NCBI RefSeq assembly: GCF_009914755.1
Contig: NC_060930.1
Direction: 5' to 3' (one strand)
Source: the human T2T-CHM13v2.0 reference genome, Homo sapiens
DNA: 64,000 nucleotides
Below the pieces are notes generated by a model. It ran no database searches. It was not told the DNA's origin and saw only the letters and a program-made list of their open reading frames with translations. This document shows positions 40,080 through 56,689 of this stretch, one piece after another. Made by a program: the position numbers and the translations under genes. The first letter of the stretch is position 1, and each line of letters begins with the position of its first letter.

Positions 40080-41465
40080 GGCCCGGTGCGGTGGCTCATG
40101 CTTGTAATCCTAGCAGTTTGGGAGGCCGAGGAGGGCAGATCGCTTCAGCCCAGGAGTTGGAGACAAGCCTGGGCAACATGGCGAAACCCCATCTCTATAA
40201 AAAAAAAAATACAAAAAATAGCTGGGCGAAGACATTCCAGTAACATCAAGCATACCTAGTGCTCAAATGTTGGTCTCTGATGCCATTCCCCACAGAAGGA
40301 ATCAGGGCTTCTAGGAAGAATGGCTGGTTCTAGGGCTAGGGCAGAGTAGGCACAAAATGAACCTGAAACATTTGAATATGCCAGAAAGTAAGCAGCACTA
40401 AAAGGAAGCAGGAGGAGGAGAAGAAGGAGGTGGTGGAGATAGAGAAGAGGACATGTCACAAGGACACAGAAGCCAGGCTGAGGGGAACTCCCACTGGTCA
40501 AATCTGGGACAATTTGAGCACTGAAATAAGTATAGTAATGTGTATAAATTATTGAAAAGGTCGGCACAGTGGCTCATCCATTCCAGGTGTTCTCTGATTT
40601 TTCCGCTGTATAGTTACCACTTTTTCCATTAACAACTATGAAGGAATCTGTGAGAATATGCTTTAAGACCTGCAGATAGACCAGGTACAATGTCTCACGC
40701 CTGTAATCCCAGCACTTTGGGAGGATGAGGTGGATGGATTGCTTAAATCCAGGAGTACGAGACCAGCCTGGGCAACATGGTGAGACCCCATCCGTCTCTG
40801 CAAATTTTTTTTTGTAATTAACTGGGCACGGTGGTTGGTGAGACAGGTGGATATTTTGTGTCTTGCAATATGACTGGAAAAGGACTCAACACCACTCATG
40901 CAACATTCCAGCCAGGCATGGATAACCCAAATCTAATAATGAGTAAACATTAGACAAACCCCAAATGAGAAATGGTCTATTAAAGATGTCAATATTATAA
41001 AAGACAAAGAAAAACTATGGAAATGTTCCTCCAAGAATAGAGACTAAAGAGACATGACAATTAAATACAATACTTCGTATTAGACTAGATCCTTTACTGG
41101 AGGAAACAAAAATGCTATACAGGACATGATTGAGCAGACTGACAAAATTAGAAGGAAAAGTAAAGGCGTTACATCAATGACAAATGTACTGACGTTGATA
41201 ATCATGCTCTAGTTACGTAAGAGAACACCCTTATTCTTAGAGAATACACATGGAGATATTTAGGGGTAAAAGAACATTATGTATGCAACTTCCTCTCAGA
41301 TGGTTCAGAAAAAAAGATTTATGTGTAATAGATATATACTACACAAATGTAAAGCAAATGGAGTAAAATGTAAACAATAGGTGAATCTGAGTAATGGGTA
41401 TATTGTGTTATTTGTACTCTTATTCTTGTAAATTTTTTGGATTTGAAATTGTTTCTAAATAAAAG
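40080..41465 (+). mobile_element. Mosaic of Alu left arms (40080-40228, 40680-40838) and L1MC/MD-like 3' sequence
   Basis: Alu left arms end shortly after the A-rich linker. L1MC-type motifs cccacagaaggaatcagggctt, aatctaataatgagtaaacattagacaaaccc, ctcagatggttcagaaaaaa. Confidence 0.7.
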
Positions 41466-41489
41466 GTAAGAATAGGAGACAGAATGTGC

Positions 41490-41550
41490 AAGAGAAGAAG
41501 ACGAAGGAGGAGGAGAAGGAGGAGAAGAGGAAGAGAAGAAGAAGAAGGAA
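41490..41550. repeat. GA-rich simple repeat (GGA/GAA)n
   Basis: agagaagaagacgaaggaggaggagaaggaggagaagaggaagagaagaagaagaagg. Confidence 0.85.
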
Positions 41551-41892
41551 TTTCAGAGGAAACAGTTTTGCCTGTGGTTCAGGAAGGGAATCAATGTTGG
41601 GGGTGGGGAGCATACACCATTCTGGGAAACTGAGGGGACCAAAACCTAATAATAAGAAGTAATCTTCGAATATGACCTAAACAAAGTGTAAATTCAGTAA
41701 AGGAAGCAGTTTAGACATTGTGATTAGTGAAAGGGGACAAATACAAATCAAAAGGAAAAATAAAGGTTAGCATAACTGAAATGAGGCTAGAAGGATTATT
41801 AACCTACCAACAGTAGAAGGATTAGTAACCTAGTAACAGTAGAGTTATTGAACATATAGTAACATCAGACTGAATAAAGATAACTAGCAGGA

Positions 41893-42050
41893 GTCAGGTG
41901 TGGTGGTGTGTGCCTGTAGTCCCAGGTACTAGGAAGCTGAAACAGGAGTATCCCTTGAGCTCAGGAGTTGGAGGTTGTAATGTATTATGAGCGTGCCTGT
42001 GAATAGCCACTGCACTACAGACTGGGCAATATAGCAAGACCTTGTCCAGA
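41893..42050 (+). mobile_element. Alu monomer (FLAM/FRAM-type)
   Basis: gtcaggtgtggtggtgtgtgcctgtagtccc...gtgaatagccactgcact. Confidence 0.8.
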
Positions 42051-42252
42051 AAGACAACAACTAGAAGGACCTATAAGATTATGGCATCGATATTTGTGAA
42101 ATGGGAAAAGAAACAGACATAAAAATTTAATTTATTGAGTTTATGGGAATTTTGGATGAAATAAATGTTTAAAATATTTCAGTTCACATGGCATATGTGT
42201 TAGTATTTTTTCATTGCAAGGAGCAGAAAGTACAACTCAAAATGGCTTAAAC

Positions 42253-42810
<558 letters not shown>

Positions 42811-44191
42811 ATATAGCCTAGCATTTGGTGGGAGAAGGTGTATTTTGTGTACGTGTTAGAGTTGGGAAAATAGAGAACAATGTATGGTTGTACTATATTG
42901 TAAATATGGTTGTAATCATCAATTGACTATCACAATTCTTTCAATTACAGAATAGTTTGTGAACATGGCATACAAATAAAAAGTAGTACTACTAAGTATA
43001 AAATTCCAAACATCTTGGGGCTACCTGTTAAAATTCACCCTGTACTCTTGAAAGCAAACGTGCATCTAAATAAACTAAAATAAAGATTTTACTACACTGG
43101 ACTTGGATCGAGCAAGATATCTTCTCAGAGCTGTTTCATGGTTGCATTTGAGATGACCGCCACTGCCTCTCCACTCGCATACGCTGCCATGAAATTGCCC
43201 TTTGCACACCTCTGCTGACAGGATAGAACTGGGCAGTCATGTTTGTGCTTTGGTGATCTTGCCCTTCCAGTAATCTGAGTGGATCACCTATGGAAACTTC
43301 ACTCAAGCTGAGCCAATCATGTTCTGTCTGTCTAGACAATGTAAACTAAAATACATAGATGGTTGAAATTGGGGTACTGAACTTTGAGTAGAGGCCAGAG
43401 TCAGTTTTATGACAAGTCATAGACACAAGTAGAACTAGAAGGTATGGGGAAGGAGAAACTAAGAGGCTTGCAGAAAAGGATCAAGAGTAAGGAGAAGCTA
43501 GCCCACAGCTCTCTAGTGTCTACAAGGCCTGATTACTTCCCGCAGTTGCTTTCTGTAGTATTATTTCCTATCTCTACAACAATATATTTTTTTATTAGAA
43601 CTAGTAGAGTAAGTTTACTAGAGTTTCTGTACCTTCTCACAAACTCAGAGTAAGACATTTGTGTAGTTCTGTAGAAATACTCTCAAAAGCAAGGTGAAGC
43701 CATTACACACACACCACACATACACACATATGTATACACATATATAATTTTAGTTTCCTTATTTGTGAAATGGAGAAGATACTTCCTGTATTACAAGATA
43801 GTTATGAGTATTATAAAACATCAGTTTAAAAATATCATAAAAATATTAATATGTAAGTGTGCTCTTTAGATCCACTTAAATAGTTTAGTAACTATTAAAC
43901 AAATTGGTCCCTAACTAACTCCTAGGTCATTTGGAATATTTTAGGTGGAAATGTACTGCTTTAGCTTCTGAGACTTAAAAATCTCAGTGTTTAGGGGCAT
44001 AGAGATGAGAGTAAGTAACCAGATCAATGTTGGTTTCCCACTATTCCTTAAAAGATAATCTTTATTATGTTTCATCCTCCTTTTCCAATAGAAACACACA
44101 CACTGACCACATACCTACTCATTCACTTATACTTTCAAGCACAAGAATTCAGGAAGAAATAATAGCAGAAGGCCTTTTCATACTGTCTGTA

Positions 44192-44431
44192 CTGGGATGT
44201 CTGATCTTTTGGCTTCTCTGGGCCACATTGGAAGAAGAATTGTCTTGGACCATACATAAAATACACTAACAATAGCTGATAAGTTTTTTTAAAAACCAAA
44301 AATCAAAACAAAACAAAACTAGCAAAAAAAAACTCATAATGTTTTAAGAAAGTTTACAAATTTGTGCTGGGCTGCATTCAAAGCCATCCTGGGCTGCATG
44401 CAGCCTACTGGCTGTGGGTTGGACAAGCTTG
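44192..44431 (+). mobile_element. MER30 (hAT-Charlie)
   Basis: tcttttggcttctctgggccacattggaagaagaattgtc...gggttggacaagcttg. Confidence 0.9.
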
Positions 44432-44440
44432 GTCTATATT

Positions 44441-44905
44441 TTTTGTTTGTTTGTTTGCTTGTTTTTTGAGACAGAGTCTCGCTCTGTCACCCAGGCTGGA
44501 GTGCAGTAGCGCCATCTGGGCTCACTGCAAGCTCCGCCTCCCGAGTTCACGCCATTCTCCTGCCTCAGCCTCTCGAGGAGCTGGGACTACAGGCACCGGC
44601 CACCATGCCCAGCTAATTTTTTGAATTTTTTTTTTGTATTTTTTTTTTTTTTAGTAGAGACGGGGTTTCACAGTGTTAGCCAGGATGGTCTTGATCTCCT
44701 GACCTCATGATCCACCCGCCTCGGCCTCCCAAAGTGCTGGGATTACAGGCATGGGCCACCGTGCCCGGCCTCATTTTTGTATTTTTAATAGAGACGGGGT
44801 TTCACCATGTTGGTCAGGCTGGTCTGGAACTCCTGACCTCGTTAACCCCCCCGCCTCGGCCTCCTGAAGTGCTGGGATTACAGGAGTGAGCCACAGCGCC
44901 CCGCC
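44441..44905 (-). mobile_element. Three-arm Alu: AluS-type left arm (44905-44772) + complete AluY (44770-44441)
   Basis: A single 15-bp TSD agcttggtctatatt at 44426-44440 and 44907-44921 encloses all three arms. Confidence 0.9.
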
Positions 44906-44924
44906 TAGCTTGGTCTATATTAAG

Positions 44925-45800
44925 TCCCTACCATCCATCCCTCAGCCACCTCCCTCACTGACTCTTGGCTTAGTAAAGTGACTTGTTTGACCAATGAAAA
45001 AATAGGAAATGTGACACAAGCAGAGACTAGAAAAGTGACTACACATAGAAACTTTTCTCTTGCTGGTTTCGGAACTGTAAAGTAGCCCAGGCTAGTCTGC
45101 CACAGGTTGGAGACATGCAGCCCAATTGCCCCTGTAGCTTCAGCCACCCACCAAATATGTGAGTGAGGCCATTCATAAAAAATCAGACCCCAGATGAAAG
45201 CAAAATGCAGCTGCATGAGTGAGTCTAGGTGAGACCAAAAAAAGAATATCCACATGTTCAACCAAAATTGCCAGTCTACAGAATTGTGAGCTAATCAATG
45301 AATATGCTTTTAAGGGACTATATATTGGAGTGATACAAGCAAAAATTAACTAATAAAAAAATTTGTGTCTGTAAATGGGGTTTTGCCACGACAAATATCT
45401 AAAATCTATGACAATGGCTTTAGGACTAGGCAGCTGATGCTGAAGCTGGAAAAGCTGTGCAATCAGGCTATCAGCAAAGACTGGAATAATTATAAAAAAA
45501 CTGTTAGCAAAGACTGGAAAAATGTTGAGCAAACGATTAGTGGAGGCTGGAACAGAAGTAAGTAGATTGCTATGGCAAGCTGGAAAACTGGTAACTCATA
45601 CTGAATAGTAGTGAAACAATTAATAAAACTCACCTGTGGTATCTTGGAAAACAAAAAATATATCTAACGACTTGTGTATCTGAAAAAAAAAAAGACAAAA
45701 CTTCTGGGCAGTACCAACTTTCCTGCTAGCTGAATATCAGAAAGTAGTGTAATAAAATAAATCAGCTGAAAAATGAACGATTACATTTGTAAATAGAATT
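44925..45800 (+). mobile_element. MLT1 LTR (to about 45350) followed by MLT1-internal sequence
   Basis: gtgacttgtttgaccaatgaaa...cagaattgtgagcta...gcttttaag; then atggggttttgcc...tggctttaggactaggcag. Confidence 0.65.
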
Positions 45801-48182
45801 TAAAAGACAATGACTTTATGCCTGGCAGAGGAAATGTTAAGAACGTAAAACTGCACTGTATTTTATTCTATTTTTAGATTTTTAAAAATTCAATAGCAGT
45901 TTGTGCTTTTTTCCTTGGGTTTGCAAATTCTGTGTCTTTTACTACTTCTGCTATGATGTTTCATTAGAAAATTAATGCTAAGAAATTTGCCCAGTTACAC
46001 AGCAAGTGGTAAAGCTAGGATTTGATCCTGAGCTATCTGGCTTCCAAGTTAGTATGCTTTCCAAAATACCTTTCCCTCTTTCCTTTTTTCCAAATTATTT
46101 CAGCAAGGAGAGGCTTCCAATTTTTAAGTTATTTAACTTAAAATATATACTATATTTTCATTTTAAAAACTTCTCAAAAATACACAAGAGTTTTACAGGT
46201 CTGAATCTTTTTAACATTCAAGATGGTTGATAAAATGATACATTATGTATGAAGGGCTACAATATGCATTCCATTTTTGCAATTAAAATAGGGTGGAAAT
46301 TATGGTTTGTGCTGTTAAAGGTGAACTTTCTCTTTGATATCTGACCCGTAATATTCTCCTGGTACATCTCCTGCTGCTTCTGGCTCAGTATTTTCCCCTT
46401 TTTCTGGATAAGCTTTTTTCTCTATTTCTATTCTGAAAATTCCCATTTACATTAATGAAATGGAATTTCCCCTGGCAGAAGAACACGGAAGAAATGGATT
46501 TTCAACAACAGGAGGCTGTAATATCAAACCTACTTAGGAAGGAAGGAATACATTCAGTTAAGATAATTGCTCTTTTTTTCCCCCTCCACAAGAGAAAGAG
46601 AATGCTCCTCTTGGAGTGATTTAAAGATTATTTTCTCTGGAATTAGAGAACATAGGTCACATAAATTTAAATACTTTATTCTCTGAATTTCAGTATTAAT
46701 CTCCATTCTCTTGGGATTTGGAAAAGAGAAAATTCCCTTCTTTTCAGAACATGAATTCAATAACAACTAGGCTCCCTCAATGACCTTTATTCCTGGCAGG
46801 AGAAATTTTAAGGATATAAAATGGTACTGCATTTTATTTAATTTTTAAATTTTAAATTTAATACTAGTTTGTGCTTTCTTGAGTTTGCAAATTCTATGTT
46901 TTTTTACTATTATTTACTGCCATATTTTATTTAAAAATTAATAATAAATGGAGTTGATGTTTTGTGATTTATCAAATATCTGAATATTACAAAGAGAATT
47001 GGAGCACAACTTTATAGTTTATCCTGTTATTTGGTATCATCACAATGCATACTTTCTCAGTAGAGACGCTATTTATTATCATTTTAGGCAGAAAGGTAAT
47101 TCCTTGTGTGGGATTTTTCTGAGCATTGCATTAGCTTATTATCCCAGTCCCAACACATTGAATGCCTATATAACCCCACAATCATTGTGGCAAACAATAA
47201 TGCCTACACACATTTACGAATACCCTTTGGGGATATGGTATTGTCACCAATTGAGGGAGATTCACTGGTACAGTGCATATTTGAGAAATCCAAAATTCTC
47301 TACTTCTCCTCTCTAAACTTCCCCCAACAAATTATGGGAGTCTGTATGGGGCATCTTACTCATGCTCATGAAATAATCCTCTCAACTGCCACAAGGCAGC
47401 CACTAATTTCCTTCTATCCAGCTGATTATTACTGGTGCTTTTTCCTGCTACATTTCTTTCCAGATGCAGACTGGTGCAACTTACTTCACAGAACTTACCT
47501 ATTCCCTTCACATTCCTACAGTTCTAGTATTAACTGAGATGAGTGGTATGCCAAGGTTAGTCTTGGGGTGAGGAGGATGGAGGGTAGAGGAGGGTGGAAA
47601 GTAGAGGAGGAATGAAGCTGAGAGCTTGCTTCTTTCAGCCCAGAACCGGTGTTCAACATTCTTCTCCCTTAGAATAGTTATTTCCCAAGAGTATCTCAGT
47701 ACCTACCAGATTCTGAATTCTAGGAGAGCATGGACTTCTCAAGAATGATACCTGGCTTATTACTGGTACTTAAATTCATACACTAAACCTCCTTAATTGA
47801 GCAGCAGTCCCTACTGGACCTCAAGTTATACTCAAACATGCCCCATTCAAATAGGGCCGCCTTCAAGTTCTCAGGCTGAGACCCCACTATGATTTTAGCT
47901 TTTAAAAACTTAGTTGACATCTCAAGTATGTTCTCACTTCATGCTTCCAGTTATATATATTATTCTATTGTCCCAAACGTAATAGGTCCAGAACAAAAAT
48001 ATTATAATATCTTACTCCACAATAGCTCATAATCAGAACTACAAAGTTTGGAATTTTATCGTTTGTCAGTTGTTTCCATGATAAATTATAAAATCTTTGG
48101 AAAACCAAAATTATATTTTACTCCATTTATATATTTTCCATAATATCTAGAACAGGGCCGGGTACATAAAAATCACTTATGG

Positions 48183-48420
48183 GACCAGTGGTGGCACTTT
48201 GGGAGGCACTTTGGGGACGCCTGATCAACATAGTGAGACCCCATCTCTACAAAAAATTTAAAAACTAGCTGGGCATGGTGGCTACTCAAAACGCTGAAGT
48301 GGAAGGATCGCTTGAGCCCAGGAGTTCAAGGCTGCAGTGAGCTATGATTGTGCCACTGCACTGTAGCCTGGGTGACAGAGCAAGACTCTGTCTCTAAAAA
48401 AAAAAAAAAAAAGAAAGAAA
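48183..48420 (+). mobile_element. AluJ with internal deletions
   Basis: ggatcgcttgagcccaggagttcaaggctgcagtgagctatgatt + poly(A). Confidence 0.88.
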
Positions 48421-48739
48421 CAAATTGCTTATGAATAAATACTTGTTCACTAGTTTTATTAGAAACTTAAATTCTCCCAAGATAGGCATGATTTGTAAAT
48501 GAGCTAGCTGGGAAGCTGGGATAAAATATTTAAGATTCATTGATTTTGGCTGGTTTCCTATAGGCTGTAATGTTTCATGTTTTTTAAGCAAAATGAAATC
48601 TCACTAATTAAATTTTTTAGGATTTATGTCACCAAGTTAATTCATTCCTTAATCTCTCCACACTCCTTTAAAATTACTTACCTCTTACTTGTGTAGATTC
48701 AGTCTTTGTTATAGAAAAATTATAATGAATGAAACTAAA

Positions 48740-50390
48740 TCTTCAGAAAAAGTTTATTAAATCATTTTTGTGGAATCTGATAAACTAATTCTAAAATTTA
48801 TTCAAAAAAGCAAAAGGTCAAGAATATCTAGGAAGAAAAAAGCCAATACACTATTGAAGAAGAAATGTACATATAGAAGTAGAGAGAATTTGCCAATAAT
48901 ATTTCCAGTATTATTTAAAGTTTCACTAGTATGTTACTGGTACAGGATAGGTAAATATACCAATGAAACAAAAGCAGGAACCTCAGTGACAGGCCTTTAC
49001 ATATGTGAAAGAAGACTGGGCTGCAATTTTAGAGAGGTGTAGAAGAAACGGACAATTTAATAAACAGTGCCTGGAAAATTCATTTTCCACAAGGACCCAT
49101 GTCATAACCAAAAAATAAATTTCTGGCAGGAATTTACTTATACTTTTTAAAACTTCCTGAAGAAAATAGATTATTTTTGCAAATGTATGTTACAAAAAGA
49201 TTTAAAAAAGAGGCAGAATCTGCAAAGTAAAAGAGATAAATACAACTATCAAAATTAAAACTTCTGTTTATTGAAAGACACCATAAAAATGTGAAAAGAC
49301 AAAAGACAAGCCATAGACTAGGAGAACACTTTTCTAACACATGTTAATTAGAATAAAATATTAGTATTCTCTATATTTTTATAACTCCAGTAAAGACACA
49401 GAAACCAATAGGAAATGGGCAGCGACTATGGATATCCATTTCACAGAAGAGGAAAAACCAATGACTAGTAACATAAAAAGATGTCCAACCTCATTCATAC
49501 TTAGAAAAAAGCTGAAATATCATTTTGTACCCAAAACATTGGCAAAAATTTTAAAGCTGACAAATCAGCTTGCTTGTGAAGGTTAGGGACAACAGGAACT
49601 GCTAATACTGCTAATGAGGGGTTAAATGGTCCAACCCCCTTTGAGAATAATTTGATTATATTTAGTAAACCTGAAGATGCGCACACCTAACACCCAGCAA
49701 TTCCACATGTAGGTATACACCCCAGACTATAGAAACTCTCACATATGTGCAAAAGGACACAGGTACTAAAATATTTATTGCAGCACTGTTTTTAACAGTA
49801 AAAAATTGGAACCAACATAAAGGACCATTGACAGGAGACTGGAGAAATAAACTGTGGTATATTTATACAATGAAATATTTAAAATATAGCAGTGAAAATG
49901 AATAGACTATAGCTTCATGTGTCCACGTGAATGACTCTCTCAGACATAATGCTGATGAAAATGAAAGTGACAGAATATATAGATTGCAGTTTCATGTATA
50001 TGAAATTCAAAAACATGCAAAACCCAACAAACATATTATTCAGGAATACATACATTTTTATAACTACAACAAAAAAAATTGGAGGAATGATAACCCATAG
50101 CTCAAGATAATGATTACCTAGGAAGCAAGGATGGGAGTAAGTTGAGAGGAGTGATGATGCTAGGTGGGTACACAGGAGACTTCAAAAATATGTTAAGAGT
50201 CTTCATTCTTTTCTTGTTTTTTACTCTTTTTAAACTAACTTTTTAATTTTCTGTAGTAGGAATTTTATTGTGGTAAGAGTTTTCATTCTTAAGCTCAGTG
50301 GTAGGTGGGAGCAGGCTTATTTTATTTTTCTTATCTATATTGTACATACTTATTTTATATTCTTAGTATGTATGAAATAATTAAAAATGA
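48740..50390 (+). mobile_element. Old L1 (L1ME-like) ORF2 end and 3'UTR
   Basis: DKLILKFI...WYRI ORF2 remnant; atttcacagaagaggaaa, cccagcaattccac, atatttattgcagcactgttt. Confidence 0.8.
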
Positions 50391-50416
50391 ATTTTTTTGT
50401 TACTATGCATAATATG

Positions 50417-51236
50417 TGTCAATGGAAAGAGTCAAACTGTAGAATATTGGAAGAGATTTATTCTAAGCCAAATATGAGTAAGCATGGCCTGTGACACAGC
50501 CCAAGAGATTCTGAGAACATGTGCCCAAGGTGGTCCAGCTACAGCTTGGTTTTATGCATTTTAGGGAGAATTAAGACATCAATCAATACATGTACGATGT
50601 ACATTGTAAGATGTACGATATACATTGGTTCTGTCCAGAAAGGTGGGACAAATTGAAGCTTGGGGTGGATAGTTCAAGGTCATAAGTCAATTCAAAGAAT
50701 TTCTGATTGGCAATTGGTTGAAAGAGTTATTACCTAAAGACCTGGAATGAATAGAAGGGAGTGTCTGGGTTAAGATATGCAGTTGTGGAGAACAAGGTTC
50801 TTATTCTTATCCAGGTAGCAGGCTTCAGAGAGAATAGATTGTAAATGTTTCTTATCAGACTTAAAAAGGTGCCAGACTCTTAGTTAATTCTCTCCTGGGT
50901 CAGGAAAAAGACCTGGTAAGGGAAAGAGATTCTCCCAAGAGACAGCTTTGCAAGGGCATTTCAAAGAAATATATTTTGGGGTAAAATACTTTGATTTCTT
51001 TCAGGGCCTGCTATCGGTTATGTTAAGAGTCTGTTTTGTTAGTCTTAAGGTCTCTGTGTTAATGTTAATGCTGGTCAATTGTGCCTGAATTCCAAAGGCG
51101 GAAGGGTAAAATGAGGCATGTCCAACGTTCCCATCCTGTCTTGGCCTGAACTTTTTCAGGCCAACAACTTTTTTCAGGTTAACTTTGGAATGCCCTTGGG
51201 TCAGGGGGGTGCTTAGAATTTTATTTTTGGTTTACA
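50417..51236 (-). mobile_element. MER4-family ERV1 solo LTR
   Basis: ggaaagagtcaaactgtagaatattggaagagatttattctaagccaaatatgag ... cttagaattttatttttggtttaca. Confidence 0.88.
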
Positions 51237-52974
51237 TATGTATTAAGCTAAATAACCTTCTTCTGGTTTGTATCCTAATTCTAAAGTGGGTTTCTTTGCC
51301 TAACTTGTCCGAATGCATACCTACAGTAGTCTCTTTAATCACAGTGTCTGCTTGGTTCCAATTACTGTCTGTAAAGGGAATTCTGTCTTTATACCTGTAT
51401 CTTCCTTTGTAGAGAATTTACACCCAAACTGTATAGAGTAAGACTGTCAATGGGAACACGCAGAAAGGATAGTTTTGCTGAAATTGAGGGCTGAGATTAC
51501 GGATAAATTGAGAGATTTCTACTTTGCTTTGTGCTGAGTAGCAATGGTTTTCATGTCTACAATTTTTAAATAACATTAAAAATAATCCATTTCCCCTTCC
51601 TTTTTCACAACTCTCCCCACACTAAATATCTTTAAGAACATATGGTAGTTACAAGGAAAAGCCAAGTGAATATCTGAAACATTAATGTGCCATGCTGCTA
51701 TCATTACAAGAATAAAGAAAACTGGGAATCCAGAAATCTCCTAACACAACAACTGTTGCCTGCCAATTCTTATATCAAATAAAAATCATCATCTAGGGCA
51801 AGGATGGTTGCACGGTGACTAAGCAGGCAGATGGCAGGTGTGAGGCAAAACACTCTGGAGTGCTAGCTCAAATCATTTTGCATTACTCACTGCTGGAAAG
51901 ATAGGGAATCAAAAAACAAATTGCACATTGGACTAGGAGTAAAATACTGAAAACTCAACTCACAGAAATATAAAAGGTAAAGAAGACAACCACAATTGTA
52001 AATGTCATGTTGTAACTTCTAAAGCAAATTCTTTAGGTCTGCCCTGTGATCTTTCTCTGCCTCCATCTGATTTAAGCCTCCTCTATCTGTCCTTGTGATT
52101 CACAAGAAGGTAATTGTTTCTCCACTTTACCAACCCTGCCAGAACTGGGACCACCTGTTTCAAAAGTAACCTGGCTGCATTCCTGAAGGCAATGTTCCAA
52201 GGCTAGAGATAAGATGTTAACCACCTCCTTGCCTGGCAAGAACCCATGGTGGTTCACTGCCTTAGCAGTGGGTCAGTTCCTGGGAGTGAGCAAATCTAAT
52301 TTTCATATATTAGATTCAGGGAAAAAAACAAAAACTCAAGCACTCTGTTTTATTTGCATAACTGCTTTACATATTGCTATCATAAAGGAGATTAGCTTTA
52401 ACGAATATGAATGTAATTATAGAAAAGGGCCCTAGGTGGAGCCTCAGTACTGGTGGCAACAAATGGAAGAACAAATTGAAAATACATCGAAGCCCTCCAA
52501 AAATTACATAATTGCATTTTATAGAACTAACCTGTTTGTTGTTATTGTTGTTTCTCCAGCATAGGAAACAGCTGGATATAAAAAAGATGCTTTGTTAGTT
52601 AAGAATAAACCTTAAAAGAGCTTTGTTCTGTAATCAAGAATGAAAGCGCATTAATGCTGGTATTCTGTCTCTGATGGAGTTTCTACAAGGCAGTGTGTAT
52701 GGTAGAGAACTGTCCCTAACCTTAGCACATTCTCCTGAATGAACGTCTCTCCTTTCTCCTTATAAGGACATTGCCACTTGTTTATCTATTTACACATAGT
52801 AAAACCATCTTACATTGTAAAAGAAATAATCAGGATTATTTTTAAGATGACTTGCTTTTATTAGATTATAAACACAGAACCTGTAAGAAGTCAAAATCAC
52901 TTTTTTCTGGTTTTGTTTTGTTCTGCTTTGCTTTGTTTGTCACCACTGACAAATAACCTAGACAGACTTACTAG

Positions 52975-55480
<2,506 letters not shown>

Positions 55481-55486
55481 TCTGTT

Positions 55487-56655
55487 TGGGTCAGCTATTG
55501 CTGTTGTTGAGTAGGAAAAATAATTTTTCTCCTGAGCCCCTTATAGTTCTTAGCTAGAACACCGCTAACAAAAAGCAGATTAAGAGGAGAAAAACAAGTT
55601 TATTCATGCTTGCAGAGCACATCATGTGGGAGAAACCTGCCTGAAAAGTAATTCAAAGCAGTTATTTAGAACTCTGACTTAAATTATTAACAGCATCTTC
55701 AACAAAGAACAATAAATTTGTGGAGAAATGACAGGACAAAGGAAAGTGGTTTTAGCCTTCCACAGGTGGGAAACTGTGGGAAGGGAATATATGGGGAGAA
55801 ACTAATGGAATGAGGTTTGTTTGCAGATTCTCTGGTGCCTTCTCTCCAGAAATCAATTCATCAATGAGTTGCTAAGTTATCTCCAGTAAAGGAGAATTTA
55901 CATCCTGTCTTTGGGCAGAACAGCGGGGGATAGAGAGAGATTTTCCTCTCTTTGTTGCTATTCAATTGCCTTCAGCTCAAAAATAATTTTTATGTCAAGG
56001 AAACATTTTTGGGGTAAAATATTCTGGTTTTCTTCTCTGTGTAACAAACTATTCTAAAATCTAGTGGTCCTTCAGTTTGGGGAGAAGAAAAAGTTCTGGA
56101 GATAGATGGTGGTGATTGTTATAAAACAATGTGAGTTTACTTAATGCCACTGAAATGTACACTTAAAAATGACTAAAATGGTAAATTTAATGTTATGTAC
56201 ATTTTACTACAATAACAGATCACTTAGTGATGTAACAACAATTTGTTGGTGGTATATCTTATGACTCTGGCATTAGGAATTTATTCAAAGCACAGCAAAT
56301 ACAGGTCTTTGATGTCTGGGGCCCAGCTGGGATGACTCAGATGGTTGGGGGTTAGAACAGCTAAGGGCTGGCTGGACATCTCTCTCTTCTCTCCACACAA
56401 GCCCCTCTAGGTGGCTAACTTGGATTTTTTCATAGCATAGCGGTCACAGGGTAGTTGGACTTCTTACATGGCATCTCAGGTCAACCAAAAATCAAAATGA
56501 AAGCTGACAGTCCTTACAGATTTGTCCCTGAAGGAGTATGATGTCAATTCCACTGTACTTGATTGATCTAAGCAGTCAAGGGGAAGGAAGAAGACCTACC
56601 TCTCAATGGGAAGAATAACAAAGAACTACAGCCATCTCTCATCAACCACAATGTC
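55487..56655. mobile_element. MLT1-type LTR carrying a nested ERV1 LTR and an L1M tail (about 56070-56215)
   Basis: gtcagctattgctg | insert | tgtgtaacaaactattctaaaatctagtgg ... cagggtagttggacttcttacatggc. Confidence 0.6.
55506..56035 (-). mobile_element. MER34/MER39-group ERV1 solo LTR
   Basis: cagattaagaggagaaaaacaagtttatt...aacaaagaacaataaatttgtggagaaatgacagg...attgccttcagctcaaaaataatt. Confidence 0.7.
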
Positions 56656-56689
56656 CATTTAGATGAAGCTTTTTCAGTTCTTTTTTTAA

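Noticed and set aside
46999-47537. Overlapping 105- and 143-aa ORFs
   Set aside because: Non-ATG starts, no domain similarity and no convincing splice signals.
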